The notes beneath the pieces were generated by a model, which was given only the letters and a program-made list of their open reading frames with translations, was not told where the DNA came from and ran no database searches. From Laetmonice hystrix (taxonomy: Eukaryota), in NCBI GenBank assembly GCA_965235115.1, contig OZ249436.1:10108001-10172000 (forward strand): a stretch of DNA of 64,000 bases, written 5' to 3'. Shown here piece after piece: positions 39,465 through 52,806 of this stretch (its first letter is position 1; each line of letters opens with the position of its first letter). The translations under genes and the position numbers were made by a program.

Positions 39465-40340
39465 GCACGGATCCCTTGATCCAACCACTAAACCAGTCCC
39501 TCGGGTGATCAAATGATTCCTCCTAGAACTGGGAACCCATCGACACCATAACACATTATGATGGGTAAATAGAAAAGTAAAAAAATAATCAATAATCATA
39601 CTAGAAATATGACTTGTCCAACCAGTACCAGTGAAGGAGTGTACTGTGTTTCAACAGAACAATAACATATCGTGATGTCCCAGTATCGGAAAGTAAAGAT
39701 ATCAGAAAATAATAATAAGGGCACGGATCCATTGATCCAACCACTAAACCAGGCTCTCAGGTGATCAAATGATTCCGAATAGAAAATCGTGAACCCATCA
39801 GGACTATAACACATTATGATGGTAAATATAGAAAAGTAAATATCCTATAATAATCGATAATAACGGTAGAAAAATCACTTGTCCAAGCAGTAGAAGGCAG
39901 TGACCCAGTACCATAAGATGAGTCAAAATATATAAAACTGTGTTTCCGACTGAACAATAACCTATCATGATGTAGCATTATAGAAAAGTAAAGATATAAG
40001 AAAAATAATAATAACGGCACGGATCCATTGATCCGACCAGTAAACCAGTCCCTCAGGTGAGACAAAATATAGTCAGATTAAAAGTGTAACCCGACCGTAT
40101 CATAACAGATTATAATGGTTACAAATATATATGAGAATAAATAATAATTATAAATTCAACTGATCCAACCATTAAAGATCAGTGGAGTACAAGGTGAGTT
40201 AAAATATGAAAAACTGTGAAATCAACAGGACAATAATATATATTGTAAGTATCAATATTAATTAAATGCACTGATCCAACCACTGAAGCAGCGAATAAAA
40301 TCTCGATAAACTAGGAGGTAATCCAATGTGAACCCGGAGG
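38760..40340. repeat. Degenerate ~255-295-bp tandem repeat with (AAT)n tracts
   Basis: ggcacggatcc.ttgatccaaccactaaaccag recurs at ~38915, 39463, 39720, 40016, 40268. Confidence 0.75.
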
Positions 40341-43300
40341 GATAAACTAACTATGCTGGCGATAATTCGAGAAGTAAGTTAGATATGAATATGATGAGTC
40401 AAATCTATAAAATTGAGACCCCATGGAACAATACCCTACCGTCATATGATAGAATCGGAACTTAAATGTTTTAATAATAAATAAAAATAAATGTACAAAC
40501 CCATCAGTGCAACCATGAAACACTACTGCCAACAAATATAAGCTGCTTTCAATTTAAAGATTTTTGGTGGAGTTGTCCAGTAACAACCTATATACAATGG
40601 ACTCTTGATTGTCTGCCGGAATTCTGGTTGACCAGCACTGTACCAATGGCTGGAACATCCTTTGGCTCTTCTTCTTCTTCCTACGCTCCTGGTCTTGGTT
40701 TGTTTGTGTGGCTTGTTTAGGTCAAAGGAGGATGACGGTACGCACTTCCCGGCAAACTGGAGTAGCGTGCCTTGGTTCGGCATGGTTTTTCCATGCAGGC
40801 CTACACCTACTGTGAAATTTGGGACTACACATTGAATAGGACGAAGATTATGCCACCTATCATCCACTCGTAGAGAGTCGAACAATCAAGGGTCAGCTGT
40901 ACCAAGCCCAAATTTGAGGTTATCAAGTGGACAACCGTGCCAGAAAGGCAGGGTTGTACGACCACACTTTATGTTGTCTCGTACCACCGGACAACCACTT
41001 ACTTTGAATGCTGAAAGGAATCAAATATATTATAATAACAGAATAATGTATCAATCCACCGGTTCCAAACCGAACCAGCGCATACATAGGTCAATCAAAT
41101 TAAGTAGAAGAAATTGCAAAACCACTAAACAACAAGATCAGATAATATCACTATCTGGGGTTAAAGAATAAATATATTATAATACTCCATGATGATGATA
41201 AAATTTGACTGGTCCTAGACTGAACCATTGGATTAGATATAACAGGGGAGAGCTACATTAATCAGGAGTTAATAAGGATGAATGCCAGAGTTGAAACATT
41301 TATAAACACTGAACAGACAGCGGGAAACAAAGTCAAAGATAAATGATAAATTATGACTGTAATATAATGTATAATTATAACGTCCCTAAAGAGATACCGA
41401 ATTAACTAATATAGTATGGGATAGTAAGTAGAGATGTAGCCTACAACAGTTACCATTTAATTTAGTATTATAGATTATAAGGAGGAATTCAAGCCCCCTG
41501 TACCCGGCTTAAACAAAAGAATGTTAGAATGGAAACATTTTAAATATTAAAATTACAGAGAGACAAACGTCGGAGAACGTACTTAGATCATAGTATATTA
41601 TTATATTAAGCTATATTATACTATTTATAGTGTAAAGTTCTATGACATTTCAATTTGACTAAAATGCTGAAAAAATATAGGCCTACTACCAATGAACCGA
41701 AAGCGATGCAGAGTCCTAGCGTAACGTAGGCTATGCTGGACCTCCCGTGGAACGTAAGAGGACTACTAAACAGCTAGCCTGCCTAGTACTCGTTCCAACA
41801 CTGACTGGACTAGTAATACAGACATCCAAACCACGGCACAGGACATGGATGAAGTGGACATTGAATCGACATAAATTAGGTCACAAGTGACAAGTAATGA
41901 TGCCGGATTTAACCTAATAACAGTAGGCCTTTTATCAGACTCTATCCTACTTAACTTATCGTCGACGAGACATCTTCCCCTTGACATGCGGGCGACTCCC
42001 AGTCGGGACGCAGACGCGCACGTGTCCAGATTCAAGGACGACGGGTGCCCTACAAAACTCTTGAGAGGGAATGGCCTCAAACTCAGGCCCGGCCTGGGTC
42101 GTCAAAGAATCCCGATCGTCACGAAACCATGGGATGACCAAAAGAACACGTCCAGCAAAACCAGTGATAAACGTCCCATGACGTAGCCAACATGACAAGG
42201 AAGGCGCGAGGCAGAATCAACGCTGCATGCCAAATTGAAAAATTCGTGGATGTCCGACTGAAGACGTAATGGCGACGAGACGCATGTGGGAAGATGACCT
42301 TGACCCCCAACTGTACATGACGTCACGTGGACCCCTGGCGGAGGCAGAGGAAATTTGAGTTATCCGGAGAAGTGGCGCCCCTTGCGGCTTAGATAGGAAT
42401 TGCCGAGTTCTCCTGCATAAAACTCGTCGAGCCTGCGGCTCCAACGTTCCTTTTTGACAAGTTGTCCCTTATTTTCCCGTTTTCACTCACCAATTCAAGC
42501 TAAACGCACTTACCCACAAGATCACACGTTGATTTAGGTTGTTCTTCAAATACTATATCTACAGGCTTTTGTATCTCAGTGTCTAAAACTAGCGGTATCC
42601 GCAATTCCGGAAGTGTTCTTCCTGCCTGGCGCGCTATACGAGTGTTTCGGTCGCTTCCACGAATGAGACATTCCCTTTAACATGGTGACCGAAATGTTCT
42701 CCAGTCGGATCGGAGACGTGACATGATGGACATCCTGTGTGGTCAGGCCTTTAGTGTTCCGGTGCCAACTCTTACATTTACCACCCCGCTACTGGCCCTT
42801 GCCCACTATCTAAGTACATGTATACACATTTGAACACTATAGACACGAGAATTATGCATGGCCCAGTCTCTTTGAAAGTGGAAGGTATAGTGTTGAGCTA
42901 TTTAGCTAGACAGCATGTTGAGCTATTTAGCTAAATACAGCAGACTTCCTATAGACAATTTTATGTCGATTTAAATGACTTTTGGAGTTTTATGACATAT
43001 ACAGGATCTGCAGTTCCGTTTTAAGACGCACTCCTTAACCATGCAATGGGACAACCGACCATTTGAAGAGGACATAACCCCGTGTGTTTATAAGTAGCAG
43101 ATTGCGTATTTACCAGGGTAGGTCGAAACCGCCCAAATAAACTACTGTCACACCCACCGTTATACCATAAAAGCCAACCAAAGGGCCTTGAATAAACATA
43201 CGCATGACGGGTATACTGTCATTGAAGGGCTATACACCGTTCAAAGTCCATTACCATAATCTTTATAACCGTTGTAAATAGATGGCCCTATTCCCGCAGT

Positions 43301-44329
43301 GAGCACCATAGACGGAGAATCTCCGCCAAGCCTATGGTTACAGGTTGTACCAATTGATGAATGACCTACTAAAACAGAGCCCTTGTTTCTGGAAATGGAC
43401 CTCATTATACCCCCAAAAAATCGGGCAGGAGTAGCGGTTTATGTTTGTTATTAGTCTTTATGCATGCATACCATAAATAATGTAAACAGTGGTTAGGGGA
43501 TAGTGCTTGCCTGTAACAGGCAGGGCAGCGACGTGTGTGTCAGAAAAGGGTTAAATCCTCCACCAACCCTTTATATCACATTCAAGTTTCAGCACTGGCG
43601 GTAGTCTGCGCCAGGTCATACCGCTGTCAGGGCGTATACTCCTCTCTGAAACAGTGCAGGGGTAAGAACGTCTAATATAGAAAGAGCACCCTTTGATCAT
43701 CTACCCCTTGGGAAACGAGTAAAAATGATCCTCGAGTACATAATAGATCTAGTATTAGTATGCCTGGGTGTTCGTAAAAGGCGACAAATGGGGAGATGGT
43801 TTGTGTGGGGAAGTGATCAAGTGTCGACTCGGAGAACACAGATCTTTACAATGTTTCTCACTGGCTTCCCTCACTGCTCCGCAACTGGGTCAACACTTCG
43901 GTATGTCCAGCTGTGTTTGTGCAAACTTTCCATTAAAAAAAAAGAGTGGGGGATTGTCTCCCGTTGGCAGGTTTCATTCGCACTGCATCGTTACTTTGCT
44001 CACCTACTTTGGCCGCAGTCCGTAATCCGGCAAACTGCGTGGTAGCGAGCTATAGCTAGACCTAACTCAGACGATATAGCGTGTTCACACAGAAATAGCT
44101 AGTATACCGATATGTCGGCTGCTAGCCGATATGTGTAATCTAATATCCAATTAGATGTATATATTTCCGAGTGTCCGAGCCACTTCTGCATGAGCTGCGG
44201 GCTTGTGTTGGTCACCTGACCACCTCAGCGGCCTTCGCGATCAAGTAACTGACATGGGTGGGCGTCGTTGTGATTCCTGTGGTCAGCGCCACAGCTTCGC
44301 TGCCAGGATATCGCCTGTGTCTGAACGCT

Positions 44330-44500
44330 AGGCGCCATCACGGGTCAGCGAAAGATCGCTACATAGACAGGACCAGTAATCTGGTCTATCCTGTCTGAGC
44401 AAATGGCATTTTATAAGCCCAGTCTCACAGACACGGCTTGAATGCCACACTGAAGTCTTTGATGACCCAGGCACATGTTCAGCACAGGAGGACCAGTGAA
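44330..44500 (-). mobile_element. SINE core fragment (third copy)
   Basis: ccagtctcacagacacggct..tttgatgacccag matches 32575-32621. Confidence 0.5.
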
Positions 44501-45374
44501 AGAAAACTCAACCACATTGCACCATCGTTTCTTACTTTGGTGCAGAGATTGCATTCTACTTCTGACAATTCCAGGACGCCTCTGCTTTGTGAATAGGACA
44601 AATAGCAATTGTGTATCTGGTAATTAGTCGATAGCTCCTGGCACTACTCTGCAGCTGTGGTGTTAAATTGGCATAAACGAAACAATTATTTAGAACTAAG
44701 TAGAAATTCGAAGCTCATGTTGCAATTCAAAGGGCAACTCATGTTACTAGGAGTACGAAATACAGTTGGCGTGCAATTTAACATACTCAGTAAATGAATT
44801 TCACGTGTTCGTTGTCTTTCGCATGAAACACTGTTGTAACTTTGTTGAATGGCGGGGAAAGGCATAAAGCATGACTCTTTAGTGCATACTGATCACCTTG
44901 AAAGTGCCCAGCACTTTAAAAGAAAAGGCCACCGCCAGTCTGTACAGGCCAGGCACACGGGCCGTGATATTCCAAGCAAGTTAAAAAATATTTGAACACA
45001 ATTGGTGCTCAAATAGTTAAGATATAAGCACTTCACTTCAGCACAGACCTGTTTTAGTTGTGACTGTGACTGTGGGACTGGCCCCCGTTGATTTTGCCGA
45101 CCCGCCCCGGCTGCCTTTACTTTAGTCTAGTCTAGCCTAGCGCCTGCATACAATAGATTAGCCCCGAAACGTCACTTCCGGCCAGCCCAATAGCAACAAA
45201 TGGCTGCGCCGCTGAAGCCAGTGATTTTGACACGGTTGTCATGTTCAACATATGACTTCTTGGAATGGGGGTATATTTATTTCCAACCAATACTCTGAAA
45301 GGTGAGTGCATATAGAGGCCTTGCAGCTGTCCAAATGTGATTTTTGACTGGTCTTCTCCTTTAAATCAAAAGCT

Positions 45375-45546
45375 GTAAACTCGCTGAAGCTGAGAGTGGC
45401 CTGCAGGGTGTCTACCGTAAACTCGCTGAAGCTGGGAGTGGCCTGCAGGGTGTCTACCGTAAACTCGCTGAAGCTGAGAATGGCCTGTAGGGTGTCTACC
45501 GTCAACTCGCTGAAGCTGAGAGTGGCCTGCAGTGTACACGTCTACC
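45375..45546. repeat. 42-bp tandem repeat x4
   Basis: gtaaactcgctgaagctgagagtggcctgcagggtgtctacc. Confidence 0.95.
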
Positions 45547-45948
45547 ATTGATGAAAAAGATTTTTGCTGCCTATGTTCCATGCATGCACAGGGCATAGCT
45601 TCTTTTTATACTAGTAGTTGGCGTTTCCACGGATTGTGAATCTTCTTAAGCGCATTCTCTGAGCAGTGTAATTAAAGAAAAAGTTATTTCGTTGAAAGTT
45701 CTGTCGTAATGTAATACACACTTTTACTTATTTTCATTGTCAATGGGGATCACCGTATAACTTTCTCGTGACTTCGCTCCAAGATTTTCCATCGCTAGAA
45801 AGCCGAAGTGGTGATTTTATTATTTTTGTCATGATATCCATCAAACTGGAAAAAGGCCAGGTATTATTAAAAATTCGATACACGCGAGTCTTTAACCACG
45901 CACGTCATTTGACAGGACCGGCTCCAATGTCGGACAAAATACAGCGCT

Positions 45949-47187
45949 GGATTCTGATTGTATCCCTCCCACCGACCACGGATTCTGATTGTATCCATCC
46001 CACCGACCGCGGATTCTGATTGTATCCCTCCCACCGACCGCGGCCACCGATTGTATTCCTCCCACCGACCACGGATTCTGATTGTATCCCTCCCACCGAC
46101 CACGGATTCTGATTGTATCCCTCCCACCGACCGCGGCCACCGATTGTATCCCTCCCACCGACCACGGATTCTGATTGTATCCCTCCCACCGACCACGGAT
46201 TCTGATTGTATCCCTCCCACCGACCGGGGCCACCGATTGTATCCCTCCCACCTACCACGGATTCTGATTGTATCCCTCCCACCGACCGCGGCCACCGATT
46301 GTATCCCTCCCACCGACCACGGATTCTGATTGTATCCCTCCCACCGACCACGGATTCTGATTGTATCCCTCCCACCGACCACGGATTCTGATTGTATCCC
46401 TCCCACCGACCACGGATTCTGATTGTATCCCCCCCCGACCGGGGCCACCGATTGTATCCCTCCCACCTACCACGGATTCTGATTGTATCCCTCCCACCGA
46501 CCGCGGATTCTGATTGTATCCCTCCCACCGACCACGGATTCTGATTGTATCCCTCCCACCGACCGGGGCCACCGATTGTATCCCTCCCACCTACCACGGA
46601 TTCTGATTGTATCCCTCCCACCGACCGCGGATTCTGATTGTATCCCTCCCACCGACCACGGATTCTGATTGTATCCCTCCCACCGACCACGGACTTTGAT
46701 TGTATCCCTCCCACCGACCACGGATTCTGATTGTATCCCTCCCACCGACCGGGGCCACCGATTGTATCCCTCCCACCGACCACGGATTCTGATTGTATCC
46801 CTCCCACCGACCACGGATTCTGATTGTATCCCTCCCACCGACCACGGATTCTGATTGTATCCCTCCCACCTACCACGGATTCTGATTGTATCCCTCCCAC
46901 CGACCACGGATTCTGATTGTATCCCTCACACCGACCATGGATTCTGATTGTATGCCTCCCACCGACCGCGGCCACCGATTGTATGCCTCCCACCGACCGC
47001 GGCCACCGATTGTATCCCTCCCACCGACCGGGGCCACCGATTGTATCCCTCCCACCGACCACGGATTCTGATTGTATCCCTCCCACCGACCGTGGATTCT
47101 GATTGTATCCCTCCCACCGACCGCGGATTCTGATTGTATCCATCCCACCGACCGCGGCCACCGATTGTATCCCTCCCACCGACCGCG
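45949..47187. repeat. 31-bp minisatellite, ~40 copies, two interspersed variants
   Basis: ggattctgattgtatccctcccaccgaccac and ggccaccgattgtatccctcccaccgacc. Confidence 0.98.
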
Positions 47188-48533
47188 ATATAGCTGCAGA
47201 TTTGAAATTGAGGAATCTGCTTGATCGGAACCTAATTCCCGTTTTAAATGATGCCCAGACCATTATTTGTAGTCAGTCGAATGTCTAACCAAGTCACCCA
47301 TGCAGTCAGGGGCACATATTGCATTAGTTGTTATTAAAACCTTTACTCTTTCATGAACAAACAATAATCAAGCGATTAATTAACCTTTGGGTAAAATTAA
47401 TTGAATTCCTGTATAAAAGTAAGCAAGATCTGTGTGGTAAATAGAGTAGGTGAAAGATATGCCAGTATACGCACTCCTCTAATAAAGTCTTGTGCTATAA
47501 ATACCACGGTGGTCATTGACCAGGTTTGTTTGTCACACCTCACGACGGTGACTCTGTACGTCAGTCAGTCAGTCACAGTCAACAGTTGGACCTGTACACA
47601 GTATGACACCGCCAGACATGCTTGGTTGTAGCACCTTGTTTTCATTTGGACAGACAGGACGGTGGAAATGGTGTCTTGATTAATATGAAATACTGTTCTA
47701 CCTGGTAAACCTTCTGATGTTTAAGTTGGTGTTCACTTATATTGCTTTGTGATAAAGAACCCACTAAAATACAGCCATGCAGGCAATTGATTTGGAGGTG
47801 ATACCCTAATTTGTATATAAATGACTGTAACTATGTAGATCGTGGCGCTGGATGACGACTGTCGTATGCAGAACGTAGGTGTCACGTGCCTCATTGTCCA
47901 TGTTACCCTGATTTTATCATTTGTATTAATATCTTTTAAGAAAATCGACTTGCAGTAACAAACTATGGATCGTCACCCCATTTGTAGTTCTCCAGACGGA
48001 ATCTACACCTCCAAGGCTTTGATTGTCGCCTGTAAAATGTTTTTATCTTACTAAAACAATGTGGTTGTGTTAGACACCACTCTGGAGGTCCAGCTTGACC
48101 TCCCTACTATATAAAGCCACGAAACCACTGGTCACATGTACAGTGAACGGTCACGTCTGAAAGTATCGCTTAGATAGACTCGGGTCTGTCTCCCATGAAC
48201 TGGCTGATGGGTCGGAAGGAGCTTGCATGGGTCCACGTTCGGTCGTAGTCTGGCAACACGTGCTGATGGTTCAAACACTGACAGTATGATGAGTCACACA
48301 GTGTCCACTTGGAGCCGGGAGGGTGCAAGGCTGAGAAAAGTGCGATACGACTCTTCTAAAGGGATGTAGCAATACAACCCGTTCCCCGTCAGTGGGTCGA
48401 TCTGTGGCATAGTTCCGTATGGCGGCTATCATTGGGTTATCACGTGTTGTCTCAGACGCCAGATCTTCGAACGGTAGGATGAACGGATCTAGTCGACTAA
48501 GACCAAGTTCACTTTTTCTTTTTTCTTTTTTTT

Positions 48534-48537
48534 TCTC

Positions 48538-48585
<48 letters not shown>

Positions 48586-48613
48586 CCTGTCTCTCTCTCT
48601 CTCCCTCTCTCTC
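48534..48613. repeat. (CT)n microsatellite
   Basis: Directly visible. Confidence 0.95.
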
Positions 48614-49040
48614 CAGTAGCGGATCCAGGGGGTGCAGGATGTGAGCACCCCCTCTCGCCCCAAGTGCCCTGTTCTCTCCCCCAAGTGCCTTTTTTATATT
48701 TTTACGAAAGATTCTTAACATTTAAATGTCCAATTGTCTAGGCCTATATATAGGCCTACTATAGGCCTAAAGGCTAGTCTATATCGCGTATTTGGCACTG
48801 TAATTTCCATTTTTTTCTGGGGGAGGGCCCGTGACCCCCCCATTCATGACTTCGCGACTTCGGCGCTCGCAGGGGGACACCCCCTTTATTAAATTCCTGG
48901 ATCCACCCCATGACTGCCCCCACACTCAGAAATTTCTAGCTATCGCCCTGTTGCCACTTTTACTGTTTAGGTTACTCACTGGGGGGGGGGAGCAGTTTTC
49001 GAAAGTGCCCTTTTTCCATAGCCCCCCCCCCCCGTCTTGA
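48614..49040. mobile_element. Cluster of short CAG(G/T)GGCGGATCCAGG-type MITE pieces inside a (CT)n tract
   Basis: cagtagcggatccagg at 48614; cctggatccacccc at ~48896 and cctggatccgcccctg ending 49040. Confidence 0.65.
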
Positions 49041-49045
49041 AAATC

Positions 49046-49062
49046 CTGGATCCGCCCCTGCG

Positions 49063-49127
<65 letters not shown>

Positions 49128-49157
49128 CCTCTCTCTCCCTCTCTCTCTCTCTCTCAC

Positions 49158-49227
<70 letters not shown>

Positions 49228-49257
49228 CCTCCCTCTCCCTCTCTCTCTCTCTCTCAC

Positions 49258-49295
<38 letters not shown>

Positions 49296-49302
49296 TCTTT
49301 CT
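49046..49302. repeat. (CT)n microsatellite
   Basis: Directly visible. Confidence 0.98.
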
Positions 49303-49777
49303 CCGGAGATGACATTTGTACAAGGAAGAGGATGCCGCAGTATTTGTTGAATTATTTATTAAGCGTGTCACAGAGGTGTCCCCTTAGTCGCTCTTATCGT
49401 GGTCCTGATCAAACATGACACATCCGTACATTGCTCTTGAGTAATGATTGGGGAGTTCCTCACTCTGGTGTTTTGCTTGGATTCTCTCGGGGAGAGGGCC
49501 ATGGGGGTCTATTTCTTTCACATGAGGTCACATCCAATCAGGCTTTAGTAAACCGGTCATTTGGTGAGGAATGAGAATATGCTCAGCATAAAGCTGATTG
49601 CTTTAACATTATTCAGCACTCGGCATTTGGAGGGAAATTGGAGGAGTTTTGCTTACATAATATAGGCAATATACACTGTATCGCTACCGCTTATACTTGT
49701 ATGCAGGTATCAGTTGCCGTCTCGACGCAGTGAAACCAAAGACCGATGAATGATCAATCATAGATGTTTGGTGAAAC

Positions 49778-49917
49778 ACAACCTAAATGTGGAGTAAAAG
49801 AATATGGCGAGTTAAATTTACAGAACAAAATCAGCAAAGCCTGTAACAACCTAAATGTGGAGTAAAAGAATATGGCGAATTATATTTACAGAACAAAATT
49901 AGCAAAGCGTGTAACAG
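49778..49917. repeat. 68-bp tandem duplication
   Basis: acaacctaaatgtggagtaaaagaatatggcga at 49778 and 49846. Confidence 0.9.
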
Positions 49918-50106
49918 CGTGAGAGGGGCCCGCTATATGGCAGCCCAATCTGACAAAAACTCTTGAAGACAGGATACATTAATAGGTTTGAGATGTTCTC
50001 GAAGTGTATGAATCAGCTTAGTCAACGATTCCCGTGAGCTCATTTACTTTAGCACTTTTTATACCATTGGCGGGAGCCACCAATGTTATACTCAATCTGT
50101 TCCTGC

Positions 50107-50256
50107 GATCATTAGTGTTATAATCGCGATATCAATGAAACCACGCGGGGAACCCCTACGATAACAACATGACATGTTTCTGATCATTAGTGTTATAAAT
50201 CGCGATATCAATGAAACCACGCGGGGAACCCCTAGGATAACAACATGACATGTTTC
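50107..50256. repeat. ~75-bp tandem duplication
   Basis: gatcattagtgttataa..catgacatgtttc at 50107 and 50182. Confidence 0.9.
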
Positions 50257-51048
50257 GGTTTACAACCTTGACAGTTCATAAGGGGCGACGAATGGGTAGA
50301 TGGCTTTGTATGCCTAGTGTTCAATCCCATGTATGCTTTTAGTCAAATATACACCTATGGTGAGCTCTACAGCGTACTGTTCTTATAACAGACTCAATTT
50401 AGCGGCTTGTCGCATCCAACGATACTTCTTGTAGGCTTACATTTCCCGCACAATTTGTGGATTTCGCGACCAGGAAAAAACTCTGTGGCTAACGCCGAAA
50501 TGAGTCTGACAGGCACGCCTCGTGTCCAGTAGATCGGATTGATAGAACCTTGGGCGACAAACTGTGATGGGAACGGATACAACAGATATATCTGAGACAG
50601 GGAAGATTACGTCTCGACTGATAACAGGAATCATATATCCGCCATAGAGGTAATTTGTTTTGTCACACTTCTTTCGAAGGAAAGAGGGGTAAAGCTTTAA
50701 CATCCATTACGACATATGGGGACTGACTGAAATGGACTAGTTAGTTACACGACCGTATTACCACGAGCTGACTGCACCTCCACTTTTTAGGTTCTTATTA
50801 ATAAGTGTATATTAATTATTAATAATTCGTTTAGTATGGTCCGCTAATATTAATAATTGATTAGCGGACTTATCTTAATCATCTTAATGCCCAAAGTCTT
50901 ATTATAACAAGGCCTCCATAACCACTTTGTTTAATATAGTTCTGATTATTATTGCTATGGGATACATCATGTATTTATTATCAATGCGTTCTTCATTGCC
51001 ATCGTCTTTAGCGATGTAATAGTATTAGGTGGATTGCATTGTTATATT

Positions 51049-51319
51049 CACTGGCGGATCCAGGATTTCACTAAAGGGGGGGGGGGCACAGAAAAGCAAT
51101 TCATGATTGTTTGCATTACTAATTAAAGCTGAATGCTCTTGAATGCGAGTTTTTGAGGTATAGGCCTACAAAATAGCTTGGGCTTTCCCTGAGATACACC
51201 GTCAGTGTTAAAATTAATTAAAAATGAGTAGGCTATAACCCTGCATAGACAATCTATAATTAGTGAAGCGAAGGGGGGCGCGTGCCCCTGCGCCCCCCCC
51301 CCCCTTGGACCCGCCTTTG
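51049..51319. mobile_element. MITE, GGCGGATCCAGG family
   Basis: cactggcggatccagg ... cttggacccgcctttg imperfect TIR with poly-G/poly-C subtermini. Confidence 0.65.
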
Positions 51320-51884
51320 ATATTATCCGTATTATTGCAATAATTTCTGGTATAGATATAAAAGTGAAATGACTTCTATCAGATAGAGGTATTGTATCCC
51401 CAATGTGTCTTTTACGTCTATTTTCTTGTTGTGACAAGAACAGCCATATTGCGCAATCTGTCACCTGGGTCTGACATCCAGTGTATTTGACGATTTAAGG
51501 GCCTTGTCCCCTGGATTGTGGGTCTAACTTCTCCGCGCTAACTTGAGCTCAATGCATATTGCTGGAGATGTGTCGGGGGACAGCACATGGTTTGACCACA
51601 GGCAGCCAGCTGCCGGCCACTGTCACTGAACCTGTACACTCTATACACGATTTAGTCCTGATACAGAGTATTGCATTTAGAGCATACATGTACCGAGTAA
51701 TTAATCGAATGGCGTGAAAACAGCTGGAAACATGCATGTACATCTCAGCTCACAGTGGCCACACGTGGCTTTATTCTGTTTATGTGCTAATGGTTTGAAT
51801 GACGGGCCCCTTCTGTCCCCGATTGGCTGGTACTGGGTGACATCAACACTGGGCCAACCCCCACCGCTAATGAGACGCCCGCCC

Positions 51885-52217
51885 GCGCAATTTTTTTCCC
51901 ACATTAGTTCTGGACCCCCCATTATCATACAGCCAATCAGAAACAGGCACACATATGGCTATGGAATACCGGCGACGACATGCGAGATGCGAGACAGTGT
52001 GTTTGGGTTAGGGTAAAGGTTAGGCCTAGGGTTAGTGTTAGTTTTCATAGCCCAAAATTATTGTTAAATAGGCACTAATTGATGAGCAGTAGATGTGTCA
52101 ATAAGAAACATTCACTGACACTGTTCGGTCCCATATCGCGAGCGATAGAGTCTGGCGTTCACTGATTGGCTGAAGCTAGAATGGGGTCCGGAACTAATGT
52201 GGGAAAAAAAATTACGC
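51885..52217. mobile_element. Fold-back element with a telomere-like centre
   Basis: Arms gcgcaattttttttcccacattagttctggacccc..cagccaatcag / ctgattggctg..ggggtccggaactaatgtgggaaaaaaaattacgc; central gggttagggtaaaggttagg..gggttag. Confidence 0.75.
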
Positions 52218-52806
52218 ACCCCGCCCCTGGTTCAAGTTAACGCGGACAGACTGTAACGTACGTGAGCTGTGTACAAAATTCGCATTGCTTCATGGGATAA
52301 CTGGGTGGGCGGGATTGAGGGGCCGAGGCAGGGCTGAGTTGACTTTTTTATACACCGAAATTCGATTTCAAGATTGCATACAGCCTGATGACACGATATT
52401 CAGTGGTATGTTGTAGGTAGGGGCATTTATTGGGGGTCATCTACGCTATCTACATGTACATGTGTAGTATGAAAAAAACGCTAATTCAGTCGAAAAAAGT
52501 GCCCCTTTAAGAAGAGTCGCCTGACAGCTTGAAACCTGGTGCGAGTAGAAGCAACGTTTCATGATATAAGGTAATTAAGTAGGTCGGAGCGCTACCCCAA
52601 CCTTTGACGTCGGAACCAGAGACTATAGGATCTGAATATGGTGGCTACAATTACTTATAAGCAGCATGTGGCTGTGATTGCGGCAAGGCTGAACCAGGCT
52701 GAGCCGTCACACTGCCTTATTGCCTGCAGTATCCTACCGCCCTTATAACAACCTGATATTTGGATTACATTATTCATTATTTATCAGAAGAAAGTACTGA
52801 TCTTAA

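Larger units (their letters stand above)
32916..42453 (-). mobile_element. Non-autonomous Ngaro/PAT-like (tyrosine-recombinase retrotransposon) element with split direct repeats
   Basis: A repeats 42234-42453 = 33384-33603 (220 bp); B repeats 33600-34024 = 32916-33340 (425 bp); minus-strand order A1-body-B1-A2-B2; CTTT at both ends and at the B1/A2 junction; minus-strand AATAAA near the B 3' end; no RT or recombinase ORF seen. Confidence 0.75.

Noticed and set aside
45867..47288. 452-aa and overlapping ORFs
   Set aside because: Translations of a 31-bp minisatellite; the same peptides appear in all frames
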